Origin: Candidatus Omnitrophota bacterium
Lineage (GTDB): Bacteria; Omnitrophota; Gorgyraeia; Zapsychrales; Zapsychraceae
Direction: 5' to 3'
Assembly: GCA_015233115.1 (NCBI GenBank)
Contig: JADFYJ010000005.1
Location: forward strand, 22,359-86,358
Length of the DNA stretch: 64,000 nucleotides
Shown here: piece after piece, positions 18,362 through 28,704 of the stretch
How the letters are laid out: the number at the start of each line of letters is the position of its first letter
Position numbering within the stretch: position 1 is the first letter of the stretch
Program-made: the position numbers and the translations under genes
Notes under the pieces: generated by a model
What the model was told of the DNA's origin: nothing
Seen by the model: the letters and a program-made list of their open reading frames with translations, nothing else
Databases searched by the model: none

Positions 18362-19765
18362 AAAAATAAATTCTTGTCCCAACTTTGGTATTAATATATT
18401 TGCAAAACCAAATTTTTCTAACGCGGTTTTGAGTGCTTGCTGACGGTCGATTTCACCGTGAACTAAAAAAATGGTTTGAATTTTTTTAATACTTTGGTTA
18501 GAAATGTAAGCCATTATTTCGGTTTGATCCGCGTGCGCGCTGAACGAATCCATGACTTCAATTTTGGCTTTGACTTGTTTCATTTCTCCAAACATCCACA
18601 CTTCTTTCGCCCCATCCCGTAATTCAGCGCCGATCGTTCCTTTAGCACAGTATCCAACAATTAAAATAGTCGTGTTCGCTTCTTCAATGTGATTAGCCAC
18701 GTGATGTTTAATCCGTCCGGCATTGATCATGCCTGACGCGCTTATAATAATAGCCGGCCCTTGAAGGGCGTTTAATGCTTTTGAATCTTCCAAATCGCGG
18801 ATATATTTTAAACCATTAAAACCAAACGGATCCGGGTCTTTTTTTATATATTCAACCATATCTTTATCAAAACATTCCGGGTGATTCCTGAAAATATCCG
18901 TCGCGCTGACTGCCAAAGGGCTGTCCACATAAACAGGAATATTCGGCATTTTACGTTCATTCGCGAATTGATCTAAAAGATAAATAATTTCTTGTGTCCG
19001 TCCGACACTAAAAGCAGGTATCAATAATTTACCCTTATTAACTACGCACGTTTGTTTAATAATTTCTAACAGCCGATCTGCATCTGAATGAATATTCTCA
19101 TGTTCCTGTCCGCCATAGGTGGATTCAGTAATCAAATAATCCAGCTGATCCATACGTACCGGATCTTTTAAAATCGGACGGTTAGGCCTGCCGATATCTC
19201 CGGTAAATCCGAATACTTTTTCCTGGTCAAGTTCAACCTTGACTTTTAAGGTTATACTCGCGCTGCCAATGATATGACCGCTGTCCTTAAACACTGCTGT
19301 CGCATGGTCATTTAATACTACGGCCTGTTCATAATCCACGCTTTCAAACAATTTCATACAGTCTTCTACATCTTTATCAGAATATAACGCTACCGCGGGT
19401 TCAGTCGCGTTCCGGCGGCGGTGATCTTTATTCGCATATTCAGCGTCGCGCATTTGAATCTTGGCACTGTCTAACAACATGAGCGCAGCCAAATCTTTCG
19501 TCGCGGAGGTGCAGATAATCCGCCCGTGAAAGCCGTTTTTGACCAAAAGCGGAATTCTGCCGCAATGATCAATGTGCGCGTGTGTCAGCAATAAGCAATC
19601 AATTTTAGCCGGATCAAACAACCACGAACGATTAAGCTTTTCCGTGTCTTGTTCTGCGCCTTGATGCATACCGGCGTCCACCAAAATGGAATAGCCATTG
19701 TCTAAAACCAGCATATGACAACTGCCCGTGACTTCTTGATCTGCTCCGCAAAATTTTAGTTTCAT
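18359..19765 (-). CDS. MBL-fold / beta-CASP ribonuclease
   Basis: VTGSCH, THAHIDHCG, GHIIGS, ESTYG, SASGM, FSAHAD, VHGE. Confidence 0.9.
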   Translation of the reverse strand: MKLKFCGADQEVTGSCHMLVLDNGYSILVDAGMHQGAEQDTEKLNRSWLFDPAKIDCLLLTHAHIDHCGRIPLLVKNGFHGRIICTSATKDLAALMLLDSAKIQMRDAEYANKDHRRRNATEPAVALYSDKDVEDCMKLFESVDYEQAVVLNDHATAVFKDSGHIIGSASITLKVKVELDQEKVFGFTGDIGRPNRPILKDPVRMDQLDYLITESTYGGQEHENIHSDADRLLEIIKQTCVVNKGKLLIPAFSVGRTQEIIYLLDQFANERKMPNIPVYVDSPLAVSATDIFRNHPECFDKDMVEYIKKDPDPFGFNGLKYIRDLEDSKALNALQGPAIIISASGMINAGRIKHHVANHIEEANTTILIVGYCAKGTIGAELRDGAKEVWMFGEMKQVKAKIEVMDSFSAHADQTEIMAYISNQSIKKIQTIFLVHGEIDRQQALKTALEKFGFANILIPKLGQEFIF

Positions 19766-19782
19766 AATAATATCAAAAATTT

Positions 19783-19900
19783 AGTTGATGGTTTTTGGTT
19801 GTTAGTTTTTGGTAAACAGTTCACAAAACAATCGCTTTTTCTCTGTTACTCTGTCACTTTACCACTCTCTACTTTGTACTCTGTGCTCTCTACTTTATCT
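19783..19900. repeat. STR-armed element E2 (GTTKWTR left arm; ACTYTST-type right arm inside the SpoIID CDS)
   Basis: GTTGATG GTTTTTG GTTGTTA GTTTTTG; CAATCGCTTTTT at 19829; ACTCTCT ACTTTGT ACTCTGT GCTCTCT. Confidence 0.8.
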
Positions 19901-21036
19901 AATTGTTCTAAATCCGCGCCGGGATAATAAAGTTCTAATATTTTTTTATAATCAAAGCCTTCTTTAGCCATTTCATACGCGCCCCATTGCGACATCCCTA
20001 CGCCATGGCCCCAGCCTTTTCCTACCACATCAAAATAAAATCCCTGCATAACAATATCATAATTATTACTGCGGATATCATTAGGCCCAAGAATATCCCG
20101 GAAATCCTTACCCGTCAACAGCACAAATTTCCCGTCACTGTCTATCACTTTGATCTTGCGGATACGGCCGCTATCATTGCGCTCCACCACTTCAATATTG
20201 ACAATCGGACCAGCCGGATACCCTTTGGCATTCAGGCGTTTTTGAACATCAGCTGATTTAAAATTTTTCTTCCAAGTATAATTTTTTCCAAAACGCGAAT
20301 AAGGGTCAGGCACGCCCCTCAACGGAGACAAATCATGATGATTCCACAGCTCCGCGGCATCTTCTGTATGATCGCCGGAATTGGAATGAAAATACGCGGG
20401 AAGAATACTGCCCCGATAGGTTAATACTTCACCTTTGGTTCCATCAACCGCTAAACTGGTGCGGAACCTTTCCGCATTGCGTCCACCGTATACTTGAGAA
20501 TAAATATCCGTTTTAACGTCATAATCCTGTTTGACATTTTCATGCGCCTGATAAACAGCGTAAGAACGGGCGGCCACAGCCTGGGCTTTCATGGCGTCCA
20601 TCGGCCAGCGGTCCGTCACTTCGTGATATAGAACGCCTTTGATATATGTTTCCAAATCCAGATGATTTACCAGATTGAATTTAATTTTATCCTTGATGAT
20701 TATATCGACAGCTCCCCGGTATCGTTTACGTTCTCCATTGTCGAGGTAAATAGTAATGTCTTGACTGGAATCAATGCGGATGCGGTTGCCACGGAAAAAT
20801 CGTTTTCCAATATAAATAAAATTACCACGGGAAAGAACGCGGGATTTATGAAGAGCATCTCCTTCAAATATCGTGGCCTTCGCCTTTTGATCAATAATCC
20901 GATAATGACCACTGGCCGATACCACAATGTTATCCAGATTTTCCATGACCAAAACACGGATGTCCGGCGATTCGATAGCGCGCACGATACACGTGTTACA
21001 AAATAACAATATAAATAAAATTAAAAATTTTTTCAT
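19846..21036 (-). CDS. SpoIID/LytB domain peptidoglycan hydrolase
   Basis: LETYIKGVL..E, AMKAQAVAARSYA, SQVYGG, GWGHGVGMSQWGA; start revised to MKKFL. Confidence 0.9.
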   Translation of the reverse strand: MKKFLILFILLFCNTCIVRAIESPDIRVLVMENLDNIVVSASGHYRIIDQKAKATIFEGDALHKSRVLSRGNFIYIGKRFFRGNRIRIDSSQDITIYLDNGERKRYRGAVDIIIKDKIKFNLVNHLDLETYIKGVLYHEVTDRWPMDAMKAQAVAARSYAVYQAHENVKQDYDVKTDIYSQVYGGRNAERFRTSLAVDGTKGEVLTYRGSILPAYFHSNSGDHTEDAAELWNHHDLSPLRGVPDPYSRFGKNYTWKKNFKSADVQKRLNAKGYPAGPIVNIEVVERNDSGRIRKIKVIDSDGKFVLLTGKDFRDILGPNDIRSNNYDIVMQGFYFDVVGKGWGHGVGMSQWGAYEMAKEGFDYKKILELYYPGADLEQLDKVESTEYKVESGKVTE

Positions 21037-21066
21037 AATAAACCCATGGAACACCGCGTCGGAGTC

Positions 21067-21279
21067 CTAAAGGCCACCGGCGCGGTGTTTAATTTTTAAG
21101 ATCAACGTAATTATAACGCTTATTAAAATACACGTTGCTAAAGGAAAATAAAACGTAAAATTTTCTTTTTTGATCAAAATATCGCCGGGCAAACGGCCGA
21201 GGCCTATTTTACTTATCAGAGGCCAAGCTACTCCGATTAGAACAACGATTAGCCCTAAATAAATTAATAATTTTTGCAT
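21067..21279 (-). CDS. DUF2905 family small membrane protein
   Basis: GLGRLPGDILIKKENFTFYFPLATCILISV; start revised to MQKLL. Confidence 0.85.
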   Translation of the reverse strand: MQKLLIYLGLIVVLIGVAWPLISKIGLGRLPGDILIKKENFTFYFPLATCILISVIITLILKIKHRAGGL

Positions 21280-21347
21280 TTTCTTAACCGCGTACGCTGT
21301 TTTATTATTTATTAAATAACAGAGTAATTCTATCTTCGCGTTAATTT

Positions 21348-21475
21348 TCAAACCGCGTGCCCAGACACAAGGTTTGCGTTTAAACCGAATCACCGAGCGA
21401 GTTCAGCTCCGCTTCGGAGCTGCTGTTTGAGCGAATGATTTGGTTTAAATGCTAACCGCTCTACCGCGCGCTTTA
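21348..21475 (+). repeat. Nested-hairpin dispersed element, copy A
   Basis: ~92% identical to 31583-31711; core GAGCGAGTT-stem-CTT-stem-GTTTGAGCGAA. Confidence 0.9.
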
Positions 21476-21485
21476 CAGTTCAACT

Positions 21486-22487
21486 CTACGCTTTTTTAAT
21501 ATGTTTCACCGCTTCTTCTGTAATTTCTCGACCTCGCGAAGTCCGCCGTAAAAATCCAATTTTTAATAAAAACGGCTCAACTACATCGACCAGCGTATCT
21601 GTTTCTTCATTCAATGTAGCAGCTAAAGTTTCAATACCGACCGGTCCGCCTTTGTATTGCTGGTGCAAAATTTTTAATAAACGGCGGTCGAGTTCATCCA
21701 AGCCGTATTCATCAATGCCTAAAGTCCCCATCGCATTGCGGACCAGATTGATTTCAACCTCAGCTTTACCAGTTTTCACTTGCGCGTAATCCCGCATCCG
21801 GCGGAACAAACGGTTCGCGATGCGCGGTGTTCCTCTAGCGCGCCGGGCAATTTCTAAAGCCGCGTCATCAGCCATCAACACATTTAATTTTTTAGCAGAA
21901 CGCAGGACAATCTCTTTTAATTCCTGCGGCTCATAAAATTCCAGATGATAAAAAAGTCCAAACCGGTCCCGTAACGGCGAAGCCAATAACCCGCTACGTG
22001 TTGTTGCCCCAATTAATGTAAAAGGTTTTAAACTAAAATTGATCGTCTTAGCGAATTGTCCTTTATCAACGATAAAATCGACTTTAAACCCTTCCATGGC
22101 TGGGTAAAGAAACTCTTCCACGGTTTTCGAAAGCCGATGGATTTCATCAATAAATAATATATCCCCTTGTTCTAAATTCGTTAAAATCCCGATTAAATCT
22201 CCGGCACGTTCAATAGCTGGTCCGGAGGTAACAGTAATTCTCGCGCTCATCTGATGCGCGACAATATTGGCCAATGAGGTTTTTCCCAACCCCGGGGGAC
22301 CGGAAAACAACATATGCTCAACCGGTTCATTGCGGTGCTTGGCCGCCTCAAGCGCGACTTTTAAATTAGCCACAACATCTTTCTGCCCGACAAATTCATC
22401 GAGAGATGACGGACGCAATGACAAACTATAAACCCGGTCTTCTTCATTTTCCTGATTAAAAACTATGCGTTTACGTTCTTCTTCCAT
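21486..22487 (-). CDS. ruvB: Holliday junction branch migration helicase RuvB
   Basis: LRP..L.EFVGQ, GPPGLGKT, FIDEIHRL, RGTPRIANR. Confidence 0.97.
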   Translation of the reverse strand: MEEERKRIVFNQENEEDRVYSLSLRPSSLDEFVGQKDVVANLKVALEAAKHRNEPVEHMLFSGPPGLGKTSLANIVAHQMSARITVTSGPAIERAGDLIGILTNLEQGDILFIDEIHRLSKTVEEFLYPAMEGFKVDFIVDKGQFAKTINFSLKPFTLIGATTRSGLLASPLRDRFGLFYHLEFYEPQELKEIVLRSAKKLNVLMADDAALEIARRARGTPRIANRLFRRMRDYAQVKTGKAEVEINLVRNAMGTLGIDEYGLDELDRRLLKILHQQYKGGPVGIETLAATLNEETDTLVDVVEPFLLKIGFLRRTSRGREITEEAVKHIKKA

Positions 22488-22498
22488 AATTTTGTTAA

Positions 22499-22773
22499 GT
22501 GATAAACGGGGTAAAGGTGATAAATGTATAAAGGTTCAAAAAACTCATATTAAAAACCCTCACAATAAAAATGCAATCCTAAACAATTTAAACAAGCCGA
22601 TATGCAAACAATAAATCAAAAATTGCTAAAAAAATTAATTTAAATTATCATCTTATATAATATTCATTTCATAAAACAATTTGCTTTTTCAATCAGAAAT
22701 CTTAATCATTAATTTTTCCATCAAACGCATTTTCCTTTACTACCTCTACCGCGTTTACCACCTCTACCACTAC
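22499..22773. repeat. STR-armed element E3 (nonamer GTGRTARAN, inverted; right arm in scpA CDS)
   Basis: GTGATAAAC GGGGTAAAG GTGATAAAT at 22499; inverted units at 22735-22773; AT-rich spacer. Confidence 0.7.
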
Positions 22774-23487
22774 ACGAATGATTTCAATATTTTCAAACGC
22801 GCGTTTTTGAACAGCTTTAATTTGTTTTAGCCGGATGAGCTCCAGGATCGCCAAAAATGTTACTACAATTTCCATCTTAGACCGGCAATGGCCGAATAGT
22901 TCGTTTAAATACATACGCTCCTGATCCAGCAAAGTTTCTGTAATATATTGAACTTTTGATTCAACCGTGTACTCTTCTTTCATGATTTCATGAACCAAAT
23001 CTTCAGGGATCTTTTTCAAAGCCTCGGACAGCGCGCTGATCAGGTCGAAAAGATTAGTATCATGATAAACTTCTTTAGCTTCTTCCTTCCACTGTCTTTT
23101 TTGTTCATCATCCGGCGGACGTGGGAATAAATCTTTGCGGGCTTTTTCTTTCTGTTCCAGTTCTCCGGCTATTTCTTTAAATCTTTGATATTCAGCTAAT
23201 CTGCGGATGAGCTCTTCTTTAGGATCGTCAGGATTCTTTTCTTCTTCATTGTTTTCCAGCGGCAGGAGCATGCGGGATTTGATATGCATCAAAGTAGCGG
23301 CCATAACCAAAAAATCGCCGATCAGATCCAGGTCAAGAATCTGCATTACTTCTATAAATCTCATATATTGCTCAGTGATCGACGCAATAGGAATATTCTG
23401 GATATCAAGATCATTTTTCCGGATCAGATAAAGCAACAGATCCAATGGGCCTTCAAAAATGTCAAGACGGATTTTATATCCCATCAA
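22702..23487 (-). CDS. scpA: Segregation and condensation protein A (kleisin)
   Basis: FEGPLDLLLYLI, FLVMAATLMHIKSRMLLP, VVTFLAILEL. Confidence 0.95.
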   Translation of the reverse strand: MMGYKIRLDIFEGPLDLLLYLIRKNDLDIQNIPIASITEQYMRFIEVMQILDLDLIGDFLVMAATLMHIKSRMLLPLENNEEEKNPDDPKEELIRRLAEYQRFKEIAGELEQKEKARKDLFPRPPDDEQKRQWKEEAKEVYHDTNLFDLISALSEALKKIPEDLVHEIMKEEYTVESKVQYITETLLDQERMYLNELFGHCRSKMEIVVTFLAILELIRLKQIKAVQKRAFENIEIIRVVVEVVNAVEVVKENAFDGKIND

Positions 23488-24461
23488 AAAATAACCTCTT
23501 TGATTTCCGCGATTGTCTGCTTCGCGATTAAAGACGCCTTTTTACGACCTTCCTCCAAAATATCCCAAACCTTTGCGCGGTCTTTGGCATATTTTTCACG
23601 GCGTTCGGTGATCGGCTTCAAATAGTCGACCAGCACTTCCGCCAATATTTTTTTGCAATCCGTGCAGCCCTTTTGAGCGTTCACGCACCACTCTCTCACT
23701 TCTGATGTTTTCTCCGGAGCAAAAATGGAATAATAACTAAACACATTACATTCATCCGGGTGGCCCGGGTCTTTTAAACGTAATCGTTGTGGATCCGTGA
23801 ACATGCCTTTGACTTTGGCGCGTATTTCATCGGGAGTATCCGCTAAATTAATGGCATTCTGATAACTTTTGCTCATTTTCCGGCCGTCTAATCCTAATAA
23901 CCGGGGTGTTTGAGTCAGAATCGCTTCACAATCCGTAAAATATTCTGTTTTAAAAATATGGTTAAAACGGCGACTGATTTCTCTGGTCAATTCCAAATGC
24001 GGCAGTTGATCTTCGCCGATCGGCACCGCATTCGCTTTATACAAAAGAATATCCGCGGCCTGCAAAACCGGATAACCTAAAAATCCGTAAGTCTGCAGAT
24101 CTCTCGTCGTGATCTCACGTAACTGTTCCTTATAGGTCGGATTACGTTCAAGCCATCCTAATGGGGTGATGCAAGAAAAAATCATCTGCAATTCCAGATG
24201 TTCAGGCACATGGGATTGAACGCAAAAAATAGCGCGGTCCGGGTCTAAGCCGCAAGCCAGCCAGTCAATCACCATATCGACAGTATTTTCTTTTAATACT
24301 TTGCTGTTCTCATATTCACCCATGAGCGCGTGCCAATCAGCTACGCCGAACACGCAGTGATATTTATCCTGAAATTCCCGCCAATTACTGAGGGCTCCAA
24401 CTAAATGGCCCAAATGCAATTTGCCGGTCGGCCGCATGGCACTATAAACCCGTTTCATCAT
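23484..24461 (-). CDS. trpS: Tryptophan--tRNA ligase
   Basis: PTGKLHLGH, YPVLQAADIL, GEDQ, KMSKS. Confidence 0.97.
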   Translation of the reverse strand: MMKRVYSAMRPTGKLHLGHLVGALSNWREFQDKYHCVFGVADWHALMGEYENSKVLKENTVDMVIDWLACGLDPDRAIFCVQSHVPEHLELQMIFSCITPLGWLERNPTYKEQLREITTRDLQTYGFLGYPVLQAADILLYKANAVPIGEDQLPHLELTREISRRFNHIFKTEYFTDCEAILTQTPRLLGLDGRKMSKSYQNAINLADTPDEIRAKVKGMFTDPQRLRLKDPGHPDECNVFSYYSIFAPEKTSEVREWCVNAQKGCTDCKKILAEVLVDYLKPITERREKYAKDRAKVWDILEEGRKKASLIAKQTIAEIKEVIF

Positions 24462-26923
24462 AGTCGCTGAGCCACTTTCTGTTCGTCGTAGATTTCTAAA
24501 ATATCTCCGACTTCATATTTGTCAAAACCATTAATCGTCAAGCCGCATTCCATAGATTCTGTCACTTCCTTCACATCATCCTTGAAACGCTTGAGCGAAC
24601 TGATTGATCCTGAAAACACACATTCTCCATTACGCATGACATCAATCTTCGCTTTGCGCGGCGCTTTGCCTTTTAAAACATAGCATCCGGCGACAATACC
24701 ATGCTTAGATAACTTAAACACTTCTCTGACTTCAATACGAGCCAGAAAATTCTTAACCGTTTTAGCCTCTAACATACCTTCCAAAGCATTATGCATGTCC
24801 TGCACCGCGTCATAAATGATGCGGTATTCACGAACTTCAACGGCTAAATGCTCCATTTCAGCACGCGCCCGGGAATCTATCCCGACATTAAACGCAATAA
24901 TAATCGCGCTCGAAGCCTGGGCCAAAACCACATCAGATGTATTGACCACACCTACACCCGCATGAATAAAATTGATTCGCACTTTATCACTAGGCAATTT
25001 CATCAATGAATCTTTGAGTGCTTCGACTGAACCCTGCACATCGCCTTTCAAGATCACATTCAATTCTTTCATCTCTCCGGCTTTTAAATGAGCGTACAAA
25101 GTTTCCAACGTCACGCGTTGCTGCGCGTTCAAACGTTCTTTTTTAATTTGTTCCTGCCGTTGAGACGCGATCTCTTTGGCTTTACGATCATCCTCGACAA
25201 CATAAAATTTCTCTCCAGCAGACGGAACTTCCGGTAAACCCAAAACTTCAACCGGCGTCGCAGGCCCTGCCGATTTGACCGGACGATTATAATCATCCAC
25301 CATGGCTTTTACTTTTCCATAATATGGTCCAACCACAATATAATCGCCCTCTTTTAACGTCCCGTTCTGGACGATCAAAGTCGCTAACGAACCCCGGCCC
25401 TGGCTTAAATGCGCTTCCACAACAATTCCTGACGCATGGCGATCTGGATTTGCTTTCAGTTCCAGCAATTCCGCTTCCAAGAGCATCATTTCTAATAACT
25501 GATCGATACCTGCTCCGGTTTTTGCAGACACCGGAACCACAATCGTTTTACCGCCCCATTCTTCCGGCATAAAACCAATATCCGACAGTTGTTTCTTAAC
25601 CCGGTCAGGATCTACAGTTGATTTATCCATTTTATTTAAAGCAATCACAATTGGCACATTAGCGGCTTTGGCATGATCAATAGCTTCCAAAGTCTGAGGC
25701 ATAATTCCTTCATCAGCGGCAATTACAATAATAGCAATATCTGTAATATGCGCGCCGCGTGAACGCATGGCTGTAAACGCTTCATGGCCAGGGGTATCTA
25801 AAAATGTTACCATTCCTCGGGGAGTTTTAACAGAATAAGCCCGCATGTGCTGAGTGATCCCGCCATGCTCAGAGTCTGTAACATTACTTTTGCGGATCGA
25901 ATCCAACAAGGATGTTTTACCATGATCAACGTGGCCCATTAAAGTAACAACAGGCGCTCGCAGCTTTAATAACGAGGGATCATCCGTTTCTTCATGAAAT
26001 AAAATTAATTGCTCTTCTTCAGTTTTTATTTCAATCAATTTAAAACCAAATTTTTGGATCACAGTTTCTGCGACATCTTTATCCAAAGACTGATTGATAT
26101 GGCAAAATAACCCCATATCCATGAGGATTTTTAAAATCGCGCTGGATTTTTGCCCAATACGCGTGCTTAAGTCTTTAACTGTGATTGGAACCTTCATTTC
26201 GACCCCAACCAACTCCTTGGCGCCTTCAGCAGACGCCGCTAAAGGAACAACTGGCTTGGCGGCAGAATGTTCTTCATCTGTTAAAAATGCGCGTGCTGCT
26301 GCCGCGTCATCAGCTTCTTTGGAACCAACTGGCCGTTTCTTTTTACGACTCAAAGGCGTTAAAGTAATTAACGGTTCATCACCAATCGAAATAGCCGGTT
26401 TCTTTTTAGCTTGGGCGTCTAGCTTAACTTCTGGTTTAATTTCAGGTTTGGGTTCCTGTTTGATTATAGGAACAATTTCCGGTTTAGCTTCTACTTTAAC
26501 AGCTGTTATACCAGGCGTTACTTTTTCAATAGAAGAGTCTTCACTTATATTTTTAGAAACCCGTTTCGCTGCAGCTTTAGGCTCTTCCACAACAGGCACA
26601 GCTACAACAGAAATTGGTTCTCCATCGGTTTTTTTCACGACGCGTTTACGGGCAGGTTTCTTGACCGGCGCTTCCTCCTCATCTAAATTAGGCTGACCTT
26701 TCATAATCGTTTCCAAAACCTGAGGAGATATTCGCGCCAATTTTTGCCCAGGAAAAGGAATCTTTCTTTTATCCAGAGAATTCAAATGGCCGCGCACAAC
26801 AGACAAAACCACGGCATTGAGCTCTTGATCTGCATCCTTGGCTTTCAACTTAAACGATTTAATGGTCTCTAAAATAAAATCGGTGGTCGTATTATATTCT
26901 TTAGCTAAATCACTAACTTTCAT
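24458..26923 (-). CDS. infB: Translation initiation factor IF-2
   Basis: [37 protein letters not shown]. Confidence 0.98.
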   Translation of the reverse strand: MKVSDLAKEYNTTTDFILETIKSFKLKAKDADQELNAVVLSVVRGHLNSLDKRKIPFPGQKLARISPQVLETIMKGQPNLDEEEAPVKKPARKRVVKKTDGEPISVVAVPVVEEPKAAAKRVSKNISEDSSIEKVTPGITAVKVEAKPEIVPIIKQEPKPEIKPEVKLDAQAKKKPAISIGDEPLITLTPLSRKKKRPVGSKEADDAAAARAFLTDEEHSAAKPVVPLAASAEGAKELVGVEMKVPITVKDLSTRIGQKSSAILKILMDMGLFCHINQSLDKDVAETVIQKFGFKLIEIKTEEEQLILFHEETDDPSLLKLRAPVVTLMGHVDHGKTSLLDSIRKSNVTDSEHGGITQHMRAYSVKTPRGMVTFLDTPGHEAFTAMRSRGAHITDIAIIVIAADEGIMPQTLEAIDHAKAANVPIVIALNKMDKSTVDPDRVKKQLSDIGFMPEEWGGKTIVVPVSAKTGAGIDQLLEMMLLEAELLELKANPDRHASGIVVEAHLSQGRGSLATLIVQNGTLKEGDYIVVGPYYGKVKAMVDDYNRPVKSAGPATPVEVLGLPEVPSAGEKFYVVEDDRKAKEIASQRQEQIKKERLNAQQRVTLETLYAHLKAGEMKELNVILKGDVQGSVEALKDSLMKLPSDKVRINFIHAGVGVVNTSDVVLAQASSAIIIAFNVGIDSRARAEMEHLAVEVREYRIIYDAVQDMHNALEGMLEAKTVKNFLARIEVREVFKLSKHGIVAGCYVLKGKAPRKAKIDVMRNGECVFSGSISSLKRFKDDVKEVTESMECGLTINGFDKYEVGDILEIYDEQKVAQRL

Positions 26924-26944
26924 AAAAGTTAAATTCCTTGTAAA

Positions 26945-27056
26945 GGTTAAAAGTGAAAAGTGAAAAGTGAAAAGTGAACGCTTTTCACATCAATCGCTTT
27001 TTCATCTATCGTCTATCTTCTTTTGACTCTGTACTTTGTACTCTATACTCTCTACT
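26945..27056. repeat. STR-armed element E4 (mixed heptamers)
   Basis: (AAAAGTG)x4 at 26949-26976; CAATCGCTTTTT at 26991; TCTATCG TCTATCT; ACTCTGT ACTTTGT ACTCTAT ACTCTCT overlapping the nusA TAG. Confidence 0.85.
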
Positions 27057-28125
27057 TGTTTTCCAGCCCCTCCTCTGTTGAGCCCCCGCTCATATCTTCA
27101 TTACTCTCTGCCGGCTCTGTCGCTTCTGCCGGTTCAGCAGGCTCAATAGCCTCTGCTGGTGTCGTGATGCCTTTTAATTCATTCCATTGTTTCAATGAAA
27201 ATAAATTTAGCTCCCATCCAACTAATTGACTGGCTAACCGGACATTTTGACCTTGCTTACCTATCGCGATCGAAAGCTGATCATCAGCGACGATAATATT
27301 AGCTTTTTTCTGCTGATAATTCAACTGAATTTGTGAGATCTCCGCTGGAGACAAAGACTGCTGAACATATTCTTTAATATCATCTGAATACCGGACAATA
27401 TCAATGCGCTCCCCTTGGAGCTCATTCACAATGTTTTTAACCCGGGAACCGCGCATACCAACGCATGCGCCCAAACAATCAATCTTCTCATCTTTAGAGT
27501 TAACCGCGATTTTAGTCCGGTCGCCGGCATCACGAGCAATGCCTTTGATCTCAACAATGCCCTCGTAAATTTCCGGCACTTCTAATTCAAATAGCCGTTT
27601 TACAAAATTAGCATGGGCGCGGGACAAAATAACCTGAGGTCCTTTATTATCTCTGCGGACTTCCAGAACATACGCGCGGATCCGATCTCCTTGACGAAAA
27701 TCATCTTTAGGTGACTGCTCTTTCTTAGGTAAATACGCTTCCGCTTTTCCCAAATCAACGATAATATTCCCTTTTTCAAAACGGTACACGGCCCCAGAAA
27801 TTATCTGGCCGATTTTCAATTGATATTCATCAAAAACGACACCTTTTTCAGCTTCGCGGATCTTCTGGATCACGACTTGTTTAGCGGTTTGCGCAGCAAT
27901 ACGGCCAAACTCACTAGAGCGGATTTCTTTCCCATTCGCGTAGGCTTTAATTTCACCGCTCTTAGCATCGAGTTTAACAATCACTTCTTCGCTGTCATCC
28001 ACAGTCCATAATTTCCGCGCCGCAGTCGCCACAGCTGATTCAACTGCCTCAATCAAGACCTGTTTATTAACGCCTTTATCGCGCTCTAACTGTTCTAATA
28101 TAACCAACAAATCATTATTTGCCAT
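27052..28125 (-). CDS. nusA: Transcription termination/antitermination factor NusA
   Basis: FGRIAAQTAKQV, S1 + KH domains (GACVGMRGSRV, AIGKQGQNVRLA). Confidence 0.97.
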   Translation of the reverse strand: MANNDLLVILEQLERDKGVNKQVLIEAVESAVATAARKLWTVDDSEEVIVKLDAKSGEIKAYANGKEIRSSEFGRIAAQTAKQVVIQKIREAEKGVVFDEYQLKIGQIISGAVYRFEKGNIIVDLGKAEAYLPKKEQSPKDDFRQGDRIRAYVLEVRRDNKGPQVILSRAHANFVKRLFELEVPEIYEGIVEIKGIARDAGDRTKIAVNSKDEKIDCLGACVGMRGSRVKNIVNELQGERIDIVRYSDDIKEYVQQSLSPAEISQIQLNYQQKKANIIVADDQLSIAIGKQGQNVRLASQLVGWELNLFSLKQWNELKGITTPAEAIEPAEPAEATEPAESNEDMSGGSTEEGLENK

Positions 28126-28192
28126 TGTCCAACCCTTTCCTGTCGTATTCTAATATATTTAAAAATTTTAATGTTTGTTTCTATTTTTCTCA

Positions 28193-28237
28193 CCAATCGC
28201 TTTTTCTTCTGACATCTGACCTTCTGACTTCTGACCT
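28193..28237. repeat. STR half-element E5 (TCTGACN)
   Basis: CAATCGCTTTTT at 28194 followed by TCTGACA TCTGACC T TCTGACT TCTGACC. Confidence 0.8.
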
Positions 28238-28245
28238 TACAGGTT

Positions 28246-28704
28246 CTATTCTATTATTTCCATACCTTTATTAATCACATCATAAGGCACTTCTTTAGTT
28301 TCACCATTAAAATCAATTTTGACATTTTGCTCTCCCGCCTCGACAATCTTCCCGTCATACTGCACTTTTCCATCAAGAGGCTGGGACAAATATAGCATAA
28401 CATTACGTCCCATTGCCCGTTTAAAATCCCGTTGGACTTTCAGCGGCCAATCCAAACCCGGGGAACAAACGCCAACCGTATAACCCGTAGTAATAATCCC
28501 GCCCTCGTCAATCACCTGAATCAACCGCCGATTTAATCGTCCGCATTCTTCAACTGTTATTCCACCTGCCGGCTTGTCAACAACCAAATCGATCGTAATT
28601 TCATTTCTGTATTCGTTCATTGCGAATAAAAAAATTTCCAGTCCCATTTCATCTAAAACAGGCTTAATAATTTGATCCAGTTTACTTTTTAACTCATCGA
28701 TCAT
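28246..28704 (-). CDS. rimP: Ribosome maturation factor RimP
   Basis: GGITVEEC, V.SPGLD.PL, position upstream of nusA. Confidence 0.9.
   Translation of the reverse strand: MIDELKSKLDQIIKPVLDEMGLEIFLFAMNEYRNEITIDLVVDKPAGGITVEECGRLNRRLIQVIDEGGIITTGYTVGVCSPGLDWPLKVQRDFKRAMGRNVMLYLSQPLDGKVQYDGKIVEAGEQNVKIDFNGETKEVPYDVINKGMEIIE

Noticed and set aside
21280-21393. N-terminal extension of the DUF2905 ORF (and long starts at 3463, 4616, 7444, 32945, 53141, 63129)
   Set aside because: Extensions run into repeats, operators or neighbouring genes; downstream starts fit the RBS, signal peptide or family length better.
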